From positions 54,932,001 to 54,996,000 of the forward strand of contig OX597826.1 of NCBI GenBank assembly GCA_951406725.2: a stretch of 64,000 bases of DNA, given 5' to 3'. The stretch is from Octopus vulgaris (lineage: Eukaryota). This document shows, one piece after another, positions 29,053 through 41,499 of this stretch. A program made the translations under genes and the position numbers. Below the pieces are notes generated by a model that was not told the DNA's origin, searched no databases, and was given only the letters and a program-made list of their open reading frames with translations. Position 1 is the stretch's first letter; each line of letters starts with the position of its first letter.

Positions 29053-29249
29053 AGATTAATATATGATTGTATGTATATATGTATGTATTATACTAGTTAG
29101 AATAATACATATATATATATACATACTATTTCTATGTACTTAGACATTTCTACCTATCTTTCTATTTCTCTCTCTGTCTCCCTATATATATATAAACATA
29201 TATATATATATATATATGTTTATATATATATATGTATATATATGCTATA

Positions 29250-29288
<39 letters not shown>

Positions 29289-30124
29289 TTGCACATATAT
29301 TCATATATGTAGATAGATATACATATCTAAATATGCATGCATATATATGTGTGTGCATTTGTACATGTGTGTATGGGTGTGTGTTTGTGCGTTTGTTTTG
29401 TGTGTGTGAGTGTGTATGTACGCGCGTGCGTTCGTGTGTATGTGTTAAAATGTATGTTTTTTTTCTGCGTATATATATATTTGTAAGGATGTGCGCTTGC
29501 AAGTATTTATGTAGGTGTATAGGAATCAGTTTGTCTAAGATTATTTGGCAATCACGAAAACCAACGCAACTGAATGACCCTCCAATTACCTTCCATTTCT
29601 CCACATTCCTCCACATCGCTTGGAATGATTCCAGAAATCTTTCGAATTATATTTAATGTTCCGACTATTATATTTCTACCAACATTTTCCAAGCAGTGAC
29701 TTGTTTTATGAAGATAATGATAGTCTAAAGCGTGTAGATTCGGATATACACTACATGCGATAAAATTATCTAGTAATACACACATACACACATACGCACA
29801 CAGATACAGATACATACACACACGCACACACACACATGCGCGCATGTACGCACACGCACACACACATATACATATACCATACATTTATATATGTTTGAAT
29901 TTGTGCGTGCATATATATATATATATGCGTGTTGTGTGTATGTCAGCTAATATACATTACTGACTATATAAAAATGTGTCCACAAATACATACACACATA
30001 CACACACAAACACACATATTCACACACACACATACACACAGAGAGAAAGAGAGAGAGAAAGAGAGAGATTTAAGTGTAAATGATGTATAAACATTTCTGG
30101 ACGTGTATAAACATATATGTACAG

Positions 30125-30209
<85 letters not shown>

Positions 30210-30264
30210 GATGTGCATAGATATGTACGGTATATATATGTATGTGAGTGTATGTGTGTATTTG

Positions 30265-30298
<34 letters not shown>

Positions 30299-30894
30299 TA
30301 ATTTTATATATACACATACATACGTATTTACGTATTTGTGTAATTGTGTATGTATGTATCGTATATTATGTATGTATGTACGTATGTAAATATGTAATAA
30401 ACCAACTCGCTTGCAAGGACATTCGATTTCATTAAAACTTTGATGTTATCTTCAGCATTCTATAAAAATGGATTCTCTGTAATTACAACATCTAATCTAC
30501 TGGAACAAACAAGCACAGAATTCCTCTACAGTAAGATTATCGTTTTGATATATGTGGTGGCGTTACAAAAAGCCAAACGCAATAATGGCAGTAATAGCAG
30601 AGTGGTAAAGAACGTTAATCTATGACGTTCAAGTTAGAACATATAAGATAACTGTGTCTTATTCTGTTTGCCTGTTCAAATGTTACCTATACACTTTGTT
30701 TGTTTAGTCCCAGGGAAATTTTGTATACCAGCTTTAATATCGAATATAATTTCTGTTAGTAACCATGCCATTTTTATGCTCACCCCAAACTACTTTGTCC
30801 GATCTCCTTGCTTTTTATTAAAGATAATGGATGAAACTTGGAGCAGACTTGTTTTCTATATTAAGGACTTCGAGTGACCCTAAGGACGCTTTTT

Positions 30895-31430
30895 CGTTTA
30901 CACATAATACGTAAATATATCTTTGTTCATTTTCAAAGTTAAACCTTTCGTTCTTCACTCATAACACTGAAATTTTCTTCATTCCCAACGCTAAAACCTT
31001 CGTTGTTGATTGACGAAACTAAAACCTCGCTTTTTCATTATTCACAACAGTAAAAGCTTTGATATATGTACATTCACAACTCTAAAATCTTGTTTCTTCA
31101 TTTTCAGCGCTAAAGCTTACTTCGTTGTTCATTCACTAAAATCTTGTTTGGTTATTCACACCACTAGTACTGATATAGTTCTCTGACGACGCAAAAGCCT
31201 TACTTGTCTTTGCTGCATAACCAAACCTGGTTCATTCACAACACCCAAAATTTACCTGTTCATTCGCAACACAAATACTGTCATAGTACATTCGCAATAC
31301 TAAAACTTGCTACTTTTATTTGCAATACCAAACCCTACTGTTTTGATTCCCAGTTGTAAAAATTTCGTTGCACATTCACCAGACTATAGCCATCCGTGAA
31401 TTTTTTGTTCATTTCCAAGCCTTAGAATTG
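30895..31430. repeat. Degenerate ~29-bp minisatellite
   Basis: Recurring gttcattcacaacactaaaacctt-like units. Confidence 0.65.
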
Positions 31431-32097
31431 TTTTGTTTAATCTGGATAGATTTGAGAATTCTCTAATTTTACCGAAGCAGCGTCACATAGAACACAAACT
31501 TCCATCTGCCTATAAACTGCAAGACTTTTATGTAGAATTTTATTCTTTCCTTTTTTATGACAAGAAATTGCTGTATCCTAAATCAATTCTTTTCTTTTAT
31601 CCAGTTTTCGAACCGGCTGGTATCCATTTTTGAACATAAATAACCAAACTTCGAAGTTCAATCGATCAAAAGAGAAGAAGAGAGAGAGAGAAAAAGAGAG
31701 AAGGGTGGAGGATGAGAGAGAGAGATAGAGAGAGAAAGAGAGAGAGACTGTGTGTGTGTGGAAGGACGATATAGAAAGAGTGGAAGCCAGATAAACCAAC
31801 CTCTACAGTCAATAAATTAAATTTTCGCGTTCTAAAAACGAGGAGCTACGGTAATCGCAACGAGATTTGTAATCAGAACTCTAAGGTTCTGAACAGATAA
31901 CGCATTGTATTTTTCCTATGCAGCAAAGAGTCTTCGTAATAAGCCACTAAGGAATGTAAAAATAATGCACGAGGTCTCGTGATCAGGGATCCAGCTCCCG
32001 ATCTTAATATCGTGGGTTCAATGACTGAACTGGACAGTGCGTTCGATTCTTGAACAAGACGCCCAAATTCACGTTGCTACAGTTTGGTCAGTCCACT

Positions 32098-32312
32098 TTC
32101 CTCCATGAGGAGCATAGGGTTGGTTTCCCGGTATCTCTGGCGTATATATTCCTCCATGAGGAGCATAGGGTTGGTTTCCCGGTATCTCTGGCGTATATAT
32201 TCCTCCATGAGGAGCATAGGGTTGGTTTCCCGGTATCTCTGGCGTATATATTCCTCCATGAGGAGCATAGGGTTGGTTTCCGGGTATCTCTGGCAGATAT
32301 ATTCCTCCATGA
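32098..32312. repeat. 51-bp tandem repeat x4 (SINE C tail reiteration)
   Basis: ttcctccatgaggagcatagggttggtttcccggtatctctggcgtatata at 32098, 32149, 32200 and 32251, plus a partial unit at 32302. Confidence 0.95.
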
Positions 32313-32484
32313 AAAGGGTGCCGGCCAATTACAGGATTACTCATTTCTGTCAGCCGAGTGGCCTGGAGAAACGTGAAATGTAGTATTTTGCGGAAGAACA
32401 CATCGCATAGCCTGGTCCTGGAATCGAAACCACAATCATACGTTCATGAGTCCAAAACCCTAACAACTACACCATGTGCCTCCA
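32260..32484 (-). mobile_element. SINE family C
   Basis: Colinear with 58113-58348 (ttactcattt..cagccgagtgg..caacgtgaaatg..gaacac..ggaatcgaaacc..ccctaac). A decayed plus-strand C head lies at ~31966-32090. Confidence 0.8.
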
Positions 32485-32762
32485 CATTACATTAGTTTAC
32501 TCGAGTGAATATGAGTAGCAGCTGTCTCTGTCTCTCTCTCTTTCCCAACTTATGTATGTGCTGCCGGATCAAAGAATGAAAGAGCATCTATGTCTGCTCG
32601 CGATGACATTGATACCGAAAACAACCAGCGAAAGTATGGTATATGATAGGAAGATACTATTGTTTGCGCATGGCTGCTGGCTCTGAGATATAATCAATCA
32701 CGCATTGCCTATAAATGTAGAAGTTATGATGTTTACAATCATTATTACATAACACAACTATA

Positions 32763-33108
32763 AGGCACCGAGCTGGCAGAATCGTTAGCACGCTGGGTGA
32801 AATACCTCGCGGTATTTCGTCTGCTGTTACGTTCAAATTGCGCCGAGGTCGACTTTGCCTTTCATCCTTTCGGGGTCGATAAATTAAGTATCAGTTACGC
32901 ACTGGGGTCGATGTAATCGACTTAATCCGTTTGTCTGTCCTTGTTTGTCCTCTCTGTGTTTAGCCCCTTGTGGGTAGTAAAGAAATAGGTATTTTGTCTC
33001 TCGCCACGTTCTGTGTTCAGATTCCACCGATGTCGACTTTGCCTTACATCCTTTCGGGGACGATAAAATAAGTACTAGTCAAGTGTTGGAGTCGATGTAA
33101 TCGACTCG
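32763..33108 (+). mobile_element. SINE B dimer
   Basis: Head gagctggcagaatcgttagcacg, body, tail ttgtgggtagtaaagaaata, then a restart at ggtatttt. The second unit is truncated by SINE A. Confidence 0.85.
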
Positions 33109-33112
33109 CAGT

Positions 33113-33507
33113 ATTCTTTTACTTGTTCAGTCATGTGACTGTGGCCATGCTAGAGCACCGCCTTTAGTCGAGCAAATCGACCCCAGGGCTTATTCTTTGT
33201 AAGCCTAGTACTTATTCTATCGGTCTCTTTTGCCGAACCGCTAAGTTTACGGGGACGTAAACACATACCATCGATTGTCAAGCGATGTTGATGGGCACAA
33301 ACACAGACACACAAACATATACATACACATACATATATATACATATATACGACGGGCTTCTTTCAGTTTCCGTCTACCAAATCCACTCACAAGGCTTTGG
33401 TCGGCCCGAGGCTATAGAAGAAGACACTTACCCAAGGTGCCACGCAATGGAGCTGAACGCGGAACCATGTGGTTCGTAAGCAAGCTACTTACCACACAGC
33501 CACTCCT
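33113..33507 (-). mobile_element. SINE A, full length
   Basis: Reverse complement of the consensus, ending ccacacagccactcct. Confidence 0.9.
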
Positions 33508-33645
33508 AAGGTTTTTAACCCCAAGAATTTGCAATACGCTGATTTTGCAACAGGCTAAAGTGCTAGTTCTAAAACGTTGGGGTTAACAATTTTATATATA
33601 TTGCAAACAGAGGCGAGTTACTGCTATCTGAAGCAGACGAGGTGT

Positions 33646-33695
33646 CCAGTACTGAAGAGAGACGAAATTAGTCGGAAATCAGACTGGTATGCTGG
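33646..33695 (+). ncRNA. Minimal type I hammerhead ribozyme
   Basis: ccagta-CTGAAGA-gagacgaaattagtcg-GAAA-tcagactgg-TA-tgctgg. 6-bp stem I, gac/gtc stem II, near-palindromic stem III, GUA site. Confidence 0.65.
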
Positions 33696-33851
33696 TCTCG
33701 TCGTTAGAAGGTGGCTGGGGTTAGTTTCGCTGCTCGCAATATATCGGATGTAGCTGTGCATCATTAACCAGCTAGAGATGATGTCTTCTTGGGGTTAAAA
33801 AATCACAGTAAATTCCGCTCGAACAGGACACACACACATATATACACACAC

Positions 33852-33897
<46 letters not shown>

Positions 33898-34284
33898 ACA
33901 CATATATATATATATATATAATACAGTGTACATTTAAACATATAAAAGGAATCCACTCAAGGGATTCATACACGCTAGAAAGAACAGCTAGGTTCCCAAA
34001 CCACAAAATTAGGGATAAAATCCCGAAAGGAAAGAAATGAAAAAGTGTTACCATGCAGTTTCCTGGACCAATTGGTTTCTGATTTTTGTTTAGTAAATAA
34101 GATAATTTGCTAGGTGAAATGTTTATCAACAGGTACACCTCAGATTAAATATATAAACAAGGGGCAATTAATTATATACCTCTTGTTTATACATCCTATT
34201 TTTTTGAAATCTACTGCGCAGGCGCACCTCCTTGTCGGCAATAAACAATTCCAACTTTTAAATTAAAAAATTATCCAAAAACTT

Positions 34285-34361
34285 TGTGAAAACACTATTC
34301 AAAACTCTATACCCACGTGTAGCATACACGTGAGCATAGAGTTTTGAATAGTGTATTCACA
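34285..34361. repeat. Near-perfect 77-nt hairpin
   Basis: tgtgaaaacactattcaaaactctatacccacgtgta-gca-tacacgtgagcatagagttttgaatagtgtattcaca; 37-bp stem with 3 mismatches. Confidence 0.9.
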
Positions 34362-34470
34362 TTCGGCTCTGTAAATTTTGGAAGTGTTGGTTGGATATCT
34401 GTTACATGATAACACTCGATTGTGTGCATATTCAGCTATAGCACTTTCAAATTATATAAAATTGGAAATA

Positions 34471-34532
34471 TTATACTGAAGGGAGAAGTAAGTAAAAATT
34501 CAAATTACTTTAATCTCGAAACGCGTATACAA
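34471..34532 (+). ncRNA. Degenerate hammerhead motif
   Basis: ttata-CTGAAGG-gaga...tctc-GAAA-cgcg-TA-tacaa. One core substitution, palindromic cgcg stem III. Confidence 0.5.
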
Positions 34533-34592
34533 ATAATACTGGTTGTGTTGATTCATTGTTTTTCTCTTTGCCTTCGTAAAAAAGTATATCTA

Positions 34593-34703
<111 letters not shown>

Positions 34704-34727
34704 GTGTGTGTCTATACGTATCTTTAT

Positions 34728-34762
<35 letters not shown>

Positions 34763-35049
34763 GTATGTATATATGTATATATGAGGCAAACACAATCCTT
34801 CACGTGAATACAGGACACATATACATATATACACACCTGTATATACATTTAATCCTTTCTGTACAAATAGATGTAAAGCCTGTACTCACATACACATATT
34901 TTATTACATAAATGTATATTCTTAATGAACATAACTTCCTGTATCTCACAATCTATCGACTTACCTCCTTTACTATATCTCTCTCTGTCTCTGTCTCTCT
35001 CTCTCTATCAATATACACATATATACCTATATATATATAATTATATAAG

Positions 35050-35099
<50 letters not shown>

Positions 35100-35155
35100 T
35101 TGTAACTATATATATACATATACATATATTTAACTATATATATATGTATATGTAA

Positions 35156-35196
<41 letters not shown>

Positions 35197-35240
35197 ACTA
35201 TATATATGTATATCTATATTTCTATCTATCTATCTATCTA

Positions 35241-35296
<56 letters not shown>

Positions 35297-36479
35297 GTTA
35301 GATATACATATATATATATAAATATATATATAGAAATAGAAATATATATATACATATATATACATACACATGCAAATACAGTTTTTGCATAAACTCTTAT
35401 ATACACAAATTCGTAACTGCTGCTCCACTCATTTCACTCCCCAGCACACTTACACGATCAAAAACACACACACGAGCAAACACACACTTGCTCGCGCACG
35501 CATACACGCAAACCCCTACATGAACACACGAGCAATTGAGTTGTGGCGCTCTAAAACTATTATTATTCATTCGGGCAATCATCTCGAAGGCGGGAAAAAT
35601 ATTTTATCTGAAAAAAACCCAAAACAACATAAAAACAAAACGTAAAGCATAAGAACACATTAAAATAAATAAATAAATAACCCCCAACAAAAATGCCGGA
35701 ATCAATGTATAATCTTGTGTGAGGGGAAAATTGAAAAAGAACGAAAGGAAAAATGGTTGAAGCAGACGACCAATTAATAACTGACGTCTTCATGTTGCCA
35801 TTCTATATCCAATCACAGCCAATCAATGTATTTGTTTGGGTTTTTTTATGGGTTTTATTTACTTTTATAGTTTTATGTTATTTTTTTTTATTGAATCATT
35901 TATTTTGTTGTTAGTCTAATTCACTGTTGTTAGCACTGCTGTTCTTGTTATTATTGTTATTGTTATCGTTGCTGTTGATATTGTTGTAGTTGTTAAGAGG
36001 AAACATAATAGATTCTTTTTGAAGTGCTGTGTGTATATATGTATGCGGCATTGTGCATGTATGTGTGTGCGCGTGTGCGTGTGTATGTGTGTGCTTATAT
36101 GTAAGTGTGTCTCGTGTATTTTATGGATGCATGCAAGCCTGTATGTAAATATATGTATGACCGTATGCGCACGTTGATCGTGTCTGTATGTGTGTACGAG
36201 TGTGTATGCATGCGTCTACGTATGCGTATAGATGAATATATAGATGCGTATAGATGAATATAGTTAGGCTCATGTATCGATATACGCCTGTTTAAGTGTT
36301 TATTTGAGGTTAAACAGATGCGTGGGTGTGAATGCGTATATGAATGTGCGTGCAGTTTCCTTGCGCGTATTCATGTGTGTGCTTGTGTGCATATAGCTAT
36401 AGAAATATATACATATATCGACGTATATATATATATATATCTACCTACATATGTGCGCGCGGGCTAACGCACATATACA

Positions 36480-36532
<53 letters not shown>

Positions 36533-36702
36533 ACACACACATACACGCGCACACATATATGTACACACATGTGCGTCTGTGTATGTGTGTGTATATATAT
36601 GTTTGCGTGTTGAAAAATATGCGATGAGGCACATACACAACAGATATAGATAGCGTTTGCTAGTCACGCGAATGCATACATTCATACATACAGGAATACA
36701 TA

Positions 36703-36812
<110 letters not shown>

Positions 36813-37820
36813 CATATATATATATACATACATATATATACACATACACACACATCCATATATATATATTAAGATAAATTACAGAAGATATACATACATA
36901 GACATGCACTCACATATACTCATGCATGCTTCTTTATACACATGTAATTTAACTGTCCCACATATAACAAGATACTAATACCAATAAATGAGTAAAATAA
37001 ATAAATAAATAAATAAAAGAGTACGCAAATGGCGATAGAAATCCACTTTACCTGTGTAATTTATCAATTACATTAACAACTCTCCTATATTTTCACCCAA
37101 ATAATAACACGTATGTAATTATACACCATAATACCTTAATATAGCATATGTATAAAATCTATGTCATACGTCTGCTTCGTATTGTTGTTAACATCCAAAC
37201 ATCCCATTGCAGTCTATTGTTGCTGTGTAGGTGTTAGAGTGTACTGCACTAATGCTGCGGAGTGCAGTTTGGTGTTATGTAATGCACTTCAGTGGATATA
37301 TACGAAATTGAAGTGCAATGTTATGCAAAATTTGCTGTGTGCTTTCGTGGTCAGGCGGTGTCTTGATTACGAGGTTTCGTGCGCCAGTTATGTCGTACTT
37401 TCCCGCAATCTATTGCTTGTAACATCATAAGCGCAGGCCAAAGAATTAGTAGAATTTTTGTTAGGATGGTGAAATAAAGAGCTTGATTAGTGGTGCTTTC
37501 TTTGTATCGATTTCGATTAGTGTTTCTCAGTGTTTAGAATAAGTCCTACTCTAGTCTGTATCTGTGAAATGGTGGTTATAGTGGTAAGAATTTGGGGCGT
37601 GGGATTGCTGGATTAGGCGTACATAAAAAGCAGGTGAATGTTTATTTTCTATCTATCAATCTATTTTTCCATCTGTGTGTGTGTCCGTCTGTGTCTGTCT
37701 GTGTATCTGTCCGTCTGTTTCTCTCTCCTCTCTCTTTCTTTATCTTACACACCCTCTCTCTATTTCTCTCTCTCTCTCCACACACACACATGTATATATA
37801 TATACATATGCTTATATATG

Positions 37821-37890
<70 letters not shown>

Positions 37891-38348
37891 TAGATATAAG
37901 TTACAGAGCTAGATAGACAGGTAGATTGATAGACAGATAAATAGGTAGATAGATAGATATCAAAATGGCGGCGGGGGGTTTACCAAAAAATGTGTTGAGA
38001 GACGCTGATTGTGGTATTGAGATTTTACTACCACTCACTCCACCAGCAGTGCTACCACCGCTACCAGCACCGCCACGACAAATAACAACAACACTTACGA
38101 GGTCGAAAGTCGTAATTCCTCGGTCAATAAAATAAATAATTGTCTACGACTTTGGTTCATTGAATCAATCCTTCTCTCCCCTCCCTCGCAAATCGCGCAG
38201 CCTTGTGCCTAAGTTTCAATCAATTTGTTCAATATTCTATCACTTTTACATAAATTCTGTGTGTGTGTGTGTGCGTGAGAGAGCGAGAGAGAGAGAGAGA
38301 ATGTGCGTGAATATTTGTGTATGCGTGGATGGTATTTATTTATCACAG

Positions 38349-38401
<53 letters not shown>

Positions 38402-38402
38402 C

Positions 38403-39098
38403 ACATCAGAAAGTTATAAGTGCAGAATCTGTGGACAAAACATGAAACCGTATAGCATATTACCAGCAAGTGTATGCCACTAGCCCAGAAGGAATATAAG
38501 AGACGCCACGACAACATAACCAGGCTTGTCCATTGGTCAAGCCCATTGTCCATTGCAACAAATATGGACTTGACAGAGTAAAAAAGTGCTACGAACAAAA
38601 ACCTGAAGGCATCGTTGAAAATAGAAATGCAAAGATCTTATGGGATTTTATGATTCAGTGTGACCATGAGATAGAGAATAGGAAGCTGGACAAAGTCTTA
38701 ATTGAGAAAGAAAACAAATTATGTTGGATCATAGATGTAGCATGCCCAACTGACAACAAGGTATGCGATAAGGAAGAAAGAAAAGTCGAGAGATATGACA
38801 GGCTAGCTTGGGAAGTTAAGCAGATGTGGTCGATGAAAAAGGTAGTAGTAGTACCAATAATTGTCGGAGCCCTGGAAACAGTGACTAAAAATCTTGAGAA
38901 GTACATGCAACAAACAAGGGCTGCAGTAAGGGTGGAGCGCTTGCAGAAAACAGCAGTGCTTGGAATCGCTCGAATATTCCGGAAGCCCCTCGAAAAATAA
39001 GAGGTGTTACCTTAGTTCACTGGTAGTGAACAGGTGACACCGTAGTACATCTCCAGCGTTAGAAGCTGAGCAAATGCAACAACAACAACATCAATAAT
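38403..39098 (+). mobile_element. R4/Dong-type LINE 3' fragment inserted after (TAA)n
   Basis: CRICG zinc motif, YKRRHDN, KILWDFMIQCDHEIENRKLD...IIDVACP...EERKVERYDRL...VVPIIVGAL...LQKTAVLGIARI is the CCHC plus PD-(D/E)xK RLE domain. (TAA)n lies at 38350-38401. Confidence 0.9.
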
Positions 39099-39343
39099 AC
39101 AGATAGCCATTGCACTCTCATAACAACAAAAAAGAACACAGGACGTGCTGGTAATTCGTTGAACTATTTTCAAATCTTCCAATTGCCTTTGGGAAAACTG
39201 TGAATATGATTGGTTTTTAGATGCTTGAAGTCAATGAGAGATTCAGACAGGAATTTGTGTGTGTGAGTGTGTGTGCGGGCATGTGTTTGTGTGTTTGAAT
39301 AGTTTGGTAAAATTAGTTGCAAAATTTTCCAATATATTCTTTA

Positions 39344-39545
39344 AGATGGCGAGGTGGTAGAATCATTATCGCACCGGTAACAAAAAAATGAAATAAAATA
39401 AAAATTCTGAATTCAGATACCACCCGGATCGCATTTGCTTTTCATCTTTTCGCTATCGATAAAATAAGTACCACATGAACACTGGAGTCGATGCAATCAA
39501 TCTACCCCTCCCTTAAAACTACTGGGCTTGCGCCAGAATTTGAAA
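39344..39545 (+). mobile_element. SINE B (old)
   Basis: tttgcttttcatcttttcg..tcgataaaataagtacc..actggagtcgatgcaatc. Confidence 0.65.
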
Positions 39546-39838
39546 CCCATATCTTCCATTATAATAAACAGTTATTTACACATAGTCTGTTTGGGTTGTA
39601 TTTGTATGCCTCAAATGTGTGATAACTTCGGTGAAAATACGTTCCATTATTTGACTGTGAATTTATATCTGATTTGTGTTAGTGAATTTGTTTGCATCAT
39701 GAAAGTGGATTTAAATGACTGATAGTTAAGTAGTAGTGACTAAGTTTCAATATTTGTAAATACACATACACGTGCAAACCTATTGTAAATACATGTGTAA
39801 ACCTACGCAGTCCTACAAAAGTAAAATTTTGTTATATA

Positions 39839-39900
<62 letters not shown>

Positions 39901-40099
39901 TGCGTGAATATATGTGTATGCGTGGATGGTATATATATGCATACATACAAAATTGATTAAATTCTATGTCTTTGGGCAACTCTGCATTTTAAATTGCTGT
40001 AATAATTGCATACTTCAGTTAAATGGAATTGCTTGAAACGATCGTACTGCATTACTCCGGATATCCTTGTTGCTTATTTTGATATATATATATAATTAT

Positions 40100-40203
40100 T
40101 TGTCAGAATGAGATAAAAGACCAAGGCTGTGAAGATTTTGGCCTTCTATTTATAAATGTTCTAAAATCTTCACAGCCCTGGTTCTTTATCACAATCTGAA
40201 AAT
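40100..40203. repeat. Hairpin with ~40-bp arms
   Basis: tcagaatgagataaaagaccaaggctgtgaagatttt pairs with aaaatcttcacagccctggttctttatcacaatctga; ~23-nt loop. Confidence 0.85.
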
Positions 40204-40357
40204 TTTTTTTATATATACACATGCTGGTATATGACAAACGCTGGATGTCTTATTCGCATAATCACCGAACCTGGGGCTTAACTGTGATCTATCCATAGCA
40301 CTTACTCAGCATTACCTGACATCTTTGGGTCTTACTGACACCGTTACCTCTCATAAC

Positions 40358-40420
<63 letters not shown>

Positions 40421-40449
40421 CATACATGCATACATATATATATATATAT

Positions 40450-40992
40450 CCTTTATCTTTTATCATTCATGGGTTTCAGCCAGAAGCTGAGGCTATGCTG
40501 GTGCAGCGCCTTTCCTGCGTCCAGGGATTTTTTCAGTATTGCTTCTGATGAAGTAGCAAGTTGGAGGTTGACGTTCTTCTTTGTGCCTCCTGCCCCGATG
40601 TAGGTTCATCCGGAATTGCAGATAAAAAGCTGTCTAGAAGTTTTTTGAAGACTTCCATATCTACACCTTGCAGGTCCCTGATGTTCTCTGGTAGAGCATT
40701 AAGAAGTTGTGGTCTCTTTAATTCCAAGCTATTACAATATTGGGTTCGTATCCGCGATGGAGATGGGACCTTTGGTACTGTGAAGTACCGTCTAGGTAGG
40801 GAATTCTTGTAGATTTCAATTCCGAAATTTGGAGCCAAACCCTCCATTTTTTTCCACATGCATAGCACTGTATATCTCTTACATCTCCCCTCCAGGGATT
40901 AGAGTCTCAGTTCCCTCAATCTCTCCCTGTAGCCCATGTGTTTTACTGAGTTTAGCTTCTTTGTGAAGTGACGTTAGATCGCTTCTAGTTCC
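40450..40992 (-). mobile_element. CR1-group LINE 3' fragment with intact 3' tail
   Basis: LEAI*RHFTKKLNSVKHMGYRERLRELRL*SLE...MWKKMEGLAPN...PQLLNALPENIR...FKKLLDSFLSAIPDEP...SNLL is the typical CR1-group post-RT C-terminus. The UTR ends (gataaaa)n. Confidence 0.85.
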
Positions 40993-41388
40993 GCAACAAG
41001 AAAAACATTTTCTTTGCCAATATGCTGAAAAAAGGCGCTACATTGTCTAACCACATAGACTTGCTACAGAACTGCAGAAGGTTGCTACAGAATTTCGATT
41101 TGGATATATATGGGGTACTTAAATGTATGCCTGACTTTGTATCTGCTTTTCCGTGGGTATGTCTAAGTATTTTTTGTATTTTCTTTTAGTGTTCTTCGCT
41201 GATGAAAGAAAAATCCTTTTTGGACTAATCTAGAAATTGGGAGCTATAACTATATTTATATGAATTTCTGTTAGCTTGCTTTCCTCGATTCGCACATGGT
41301 ATATTAACACAAGTAAATATATTTTATGTGGTTAGACGATTTAGCGTCCATTTTTCAGCATATTGGTACAGAAATATTTTCTTCTTGC
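40993..41388. repeat. Foldback element with ~65-bp inverted termini
   Basis: 40993-41057 (..ccaatatgctgaaaaa.gg.gcta.at.gtctaaccacata) is the reverse complement of 41325-41388. Confidence 0.8.
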
Positions 41389-41499
41389 CCTTATTTATAA
41401 TTGTATGTATAGTTTTCACCTTAAAAGGTACTTTTCATATGGTAGCCACTGATAAAAGTTTTGATAAAATTAAATGTTATATTAGAAGTATATATATAT

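Noticed and set aside
32098-32312. CRISPR-like array or repeat-protein gene
   Set aside because: The units are contiguous with no unique spacers, there are no cas genes, the context is eukaryotic, and the unit derives from the SINE C tail.
40543-40555. ctgatga motif (also at 48054)
   Set aside because: No matching stems or GAAA; the first is simply antisense LINE coding sequence.
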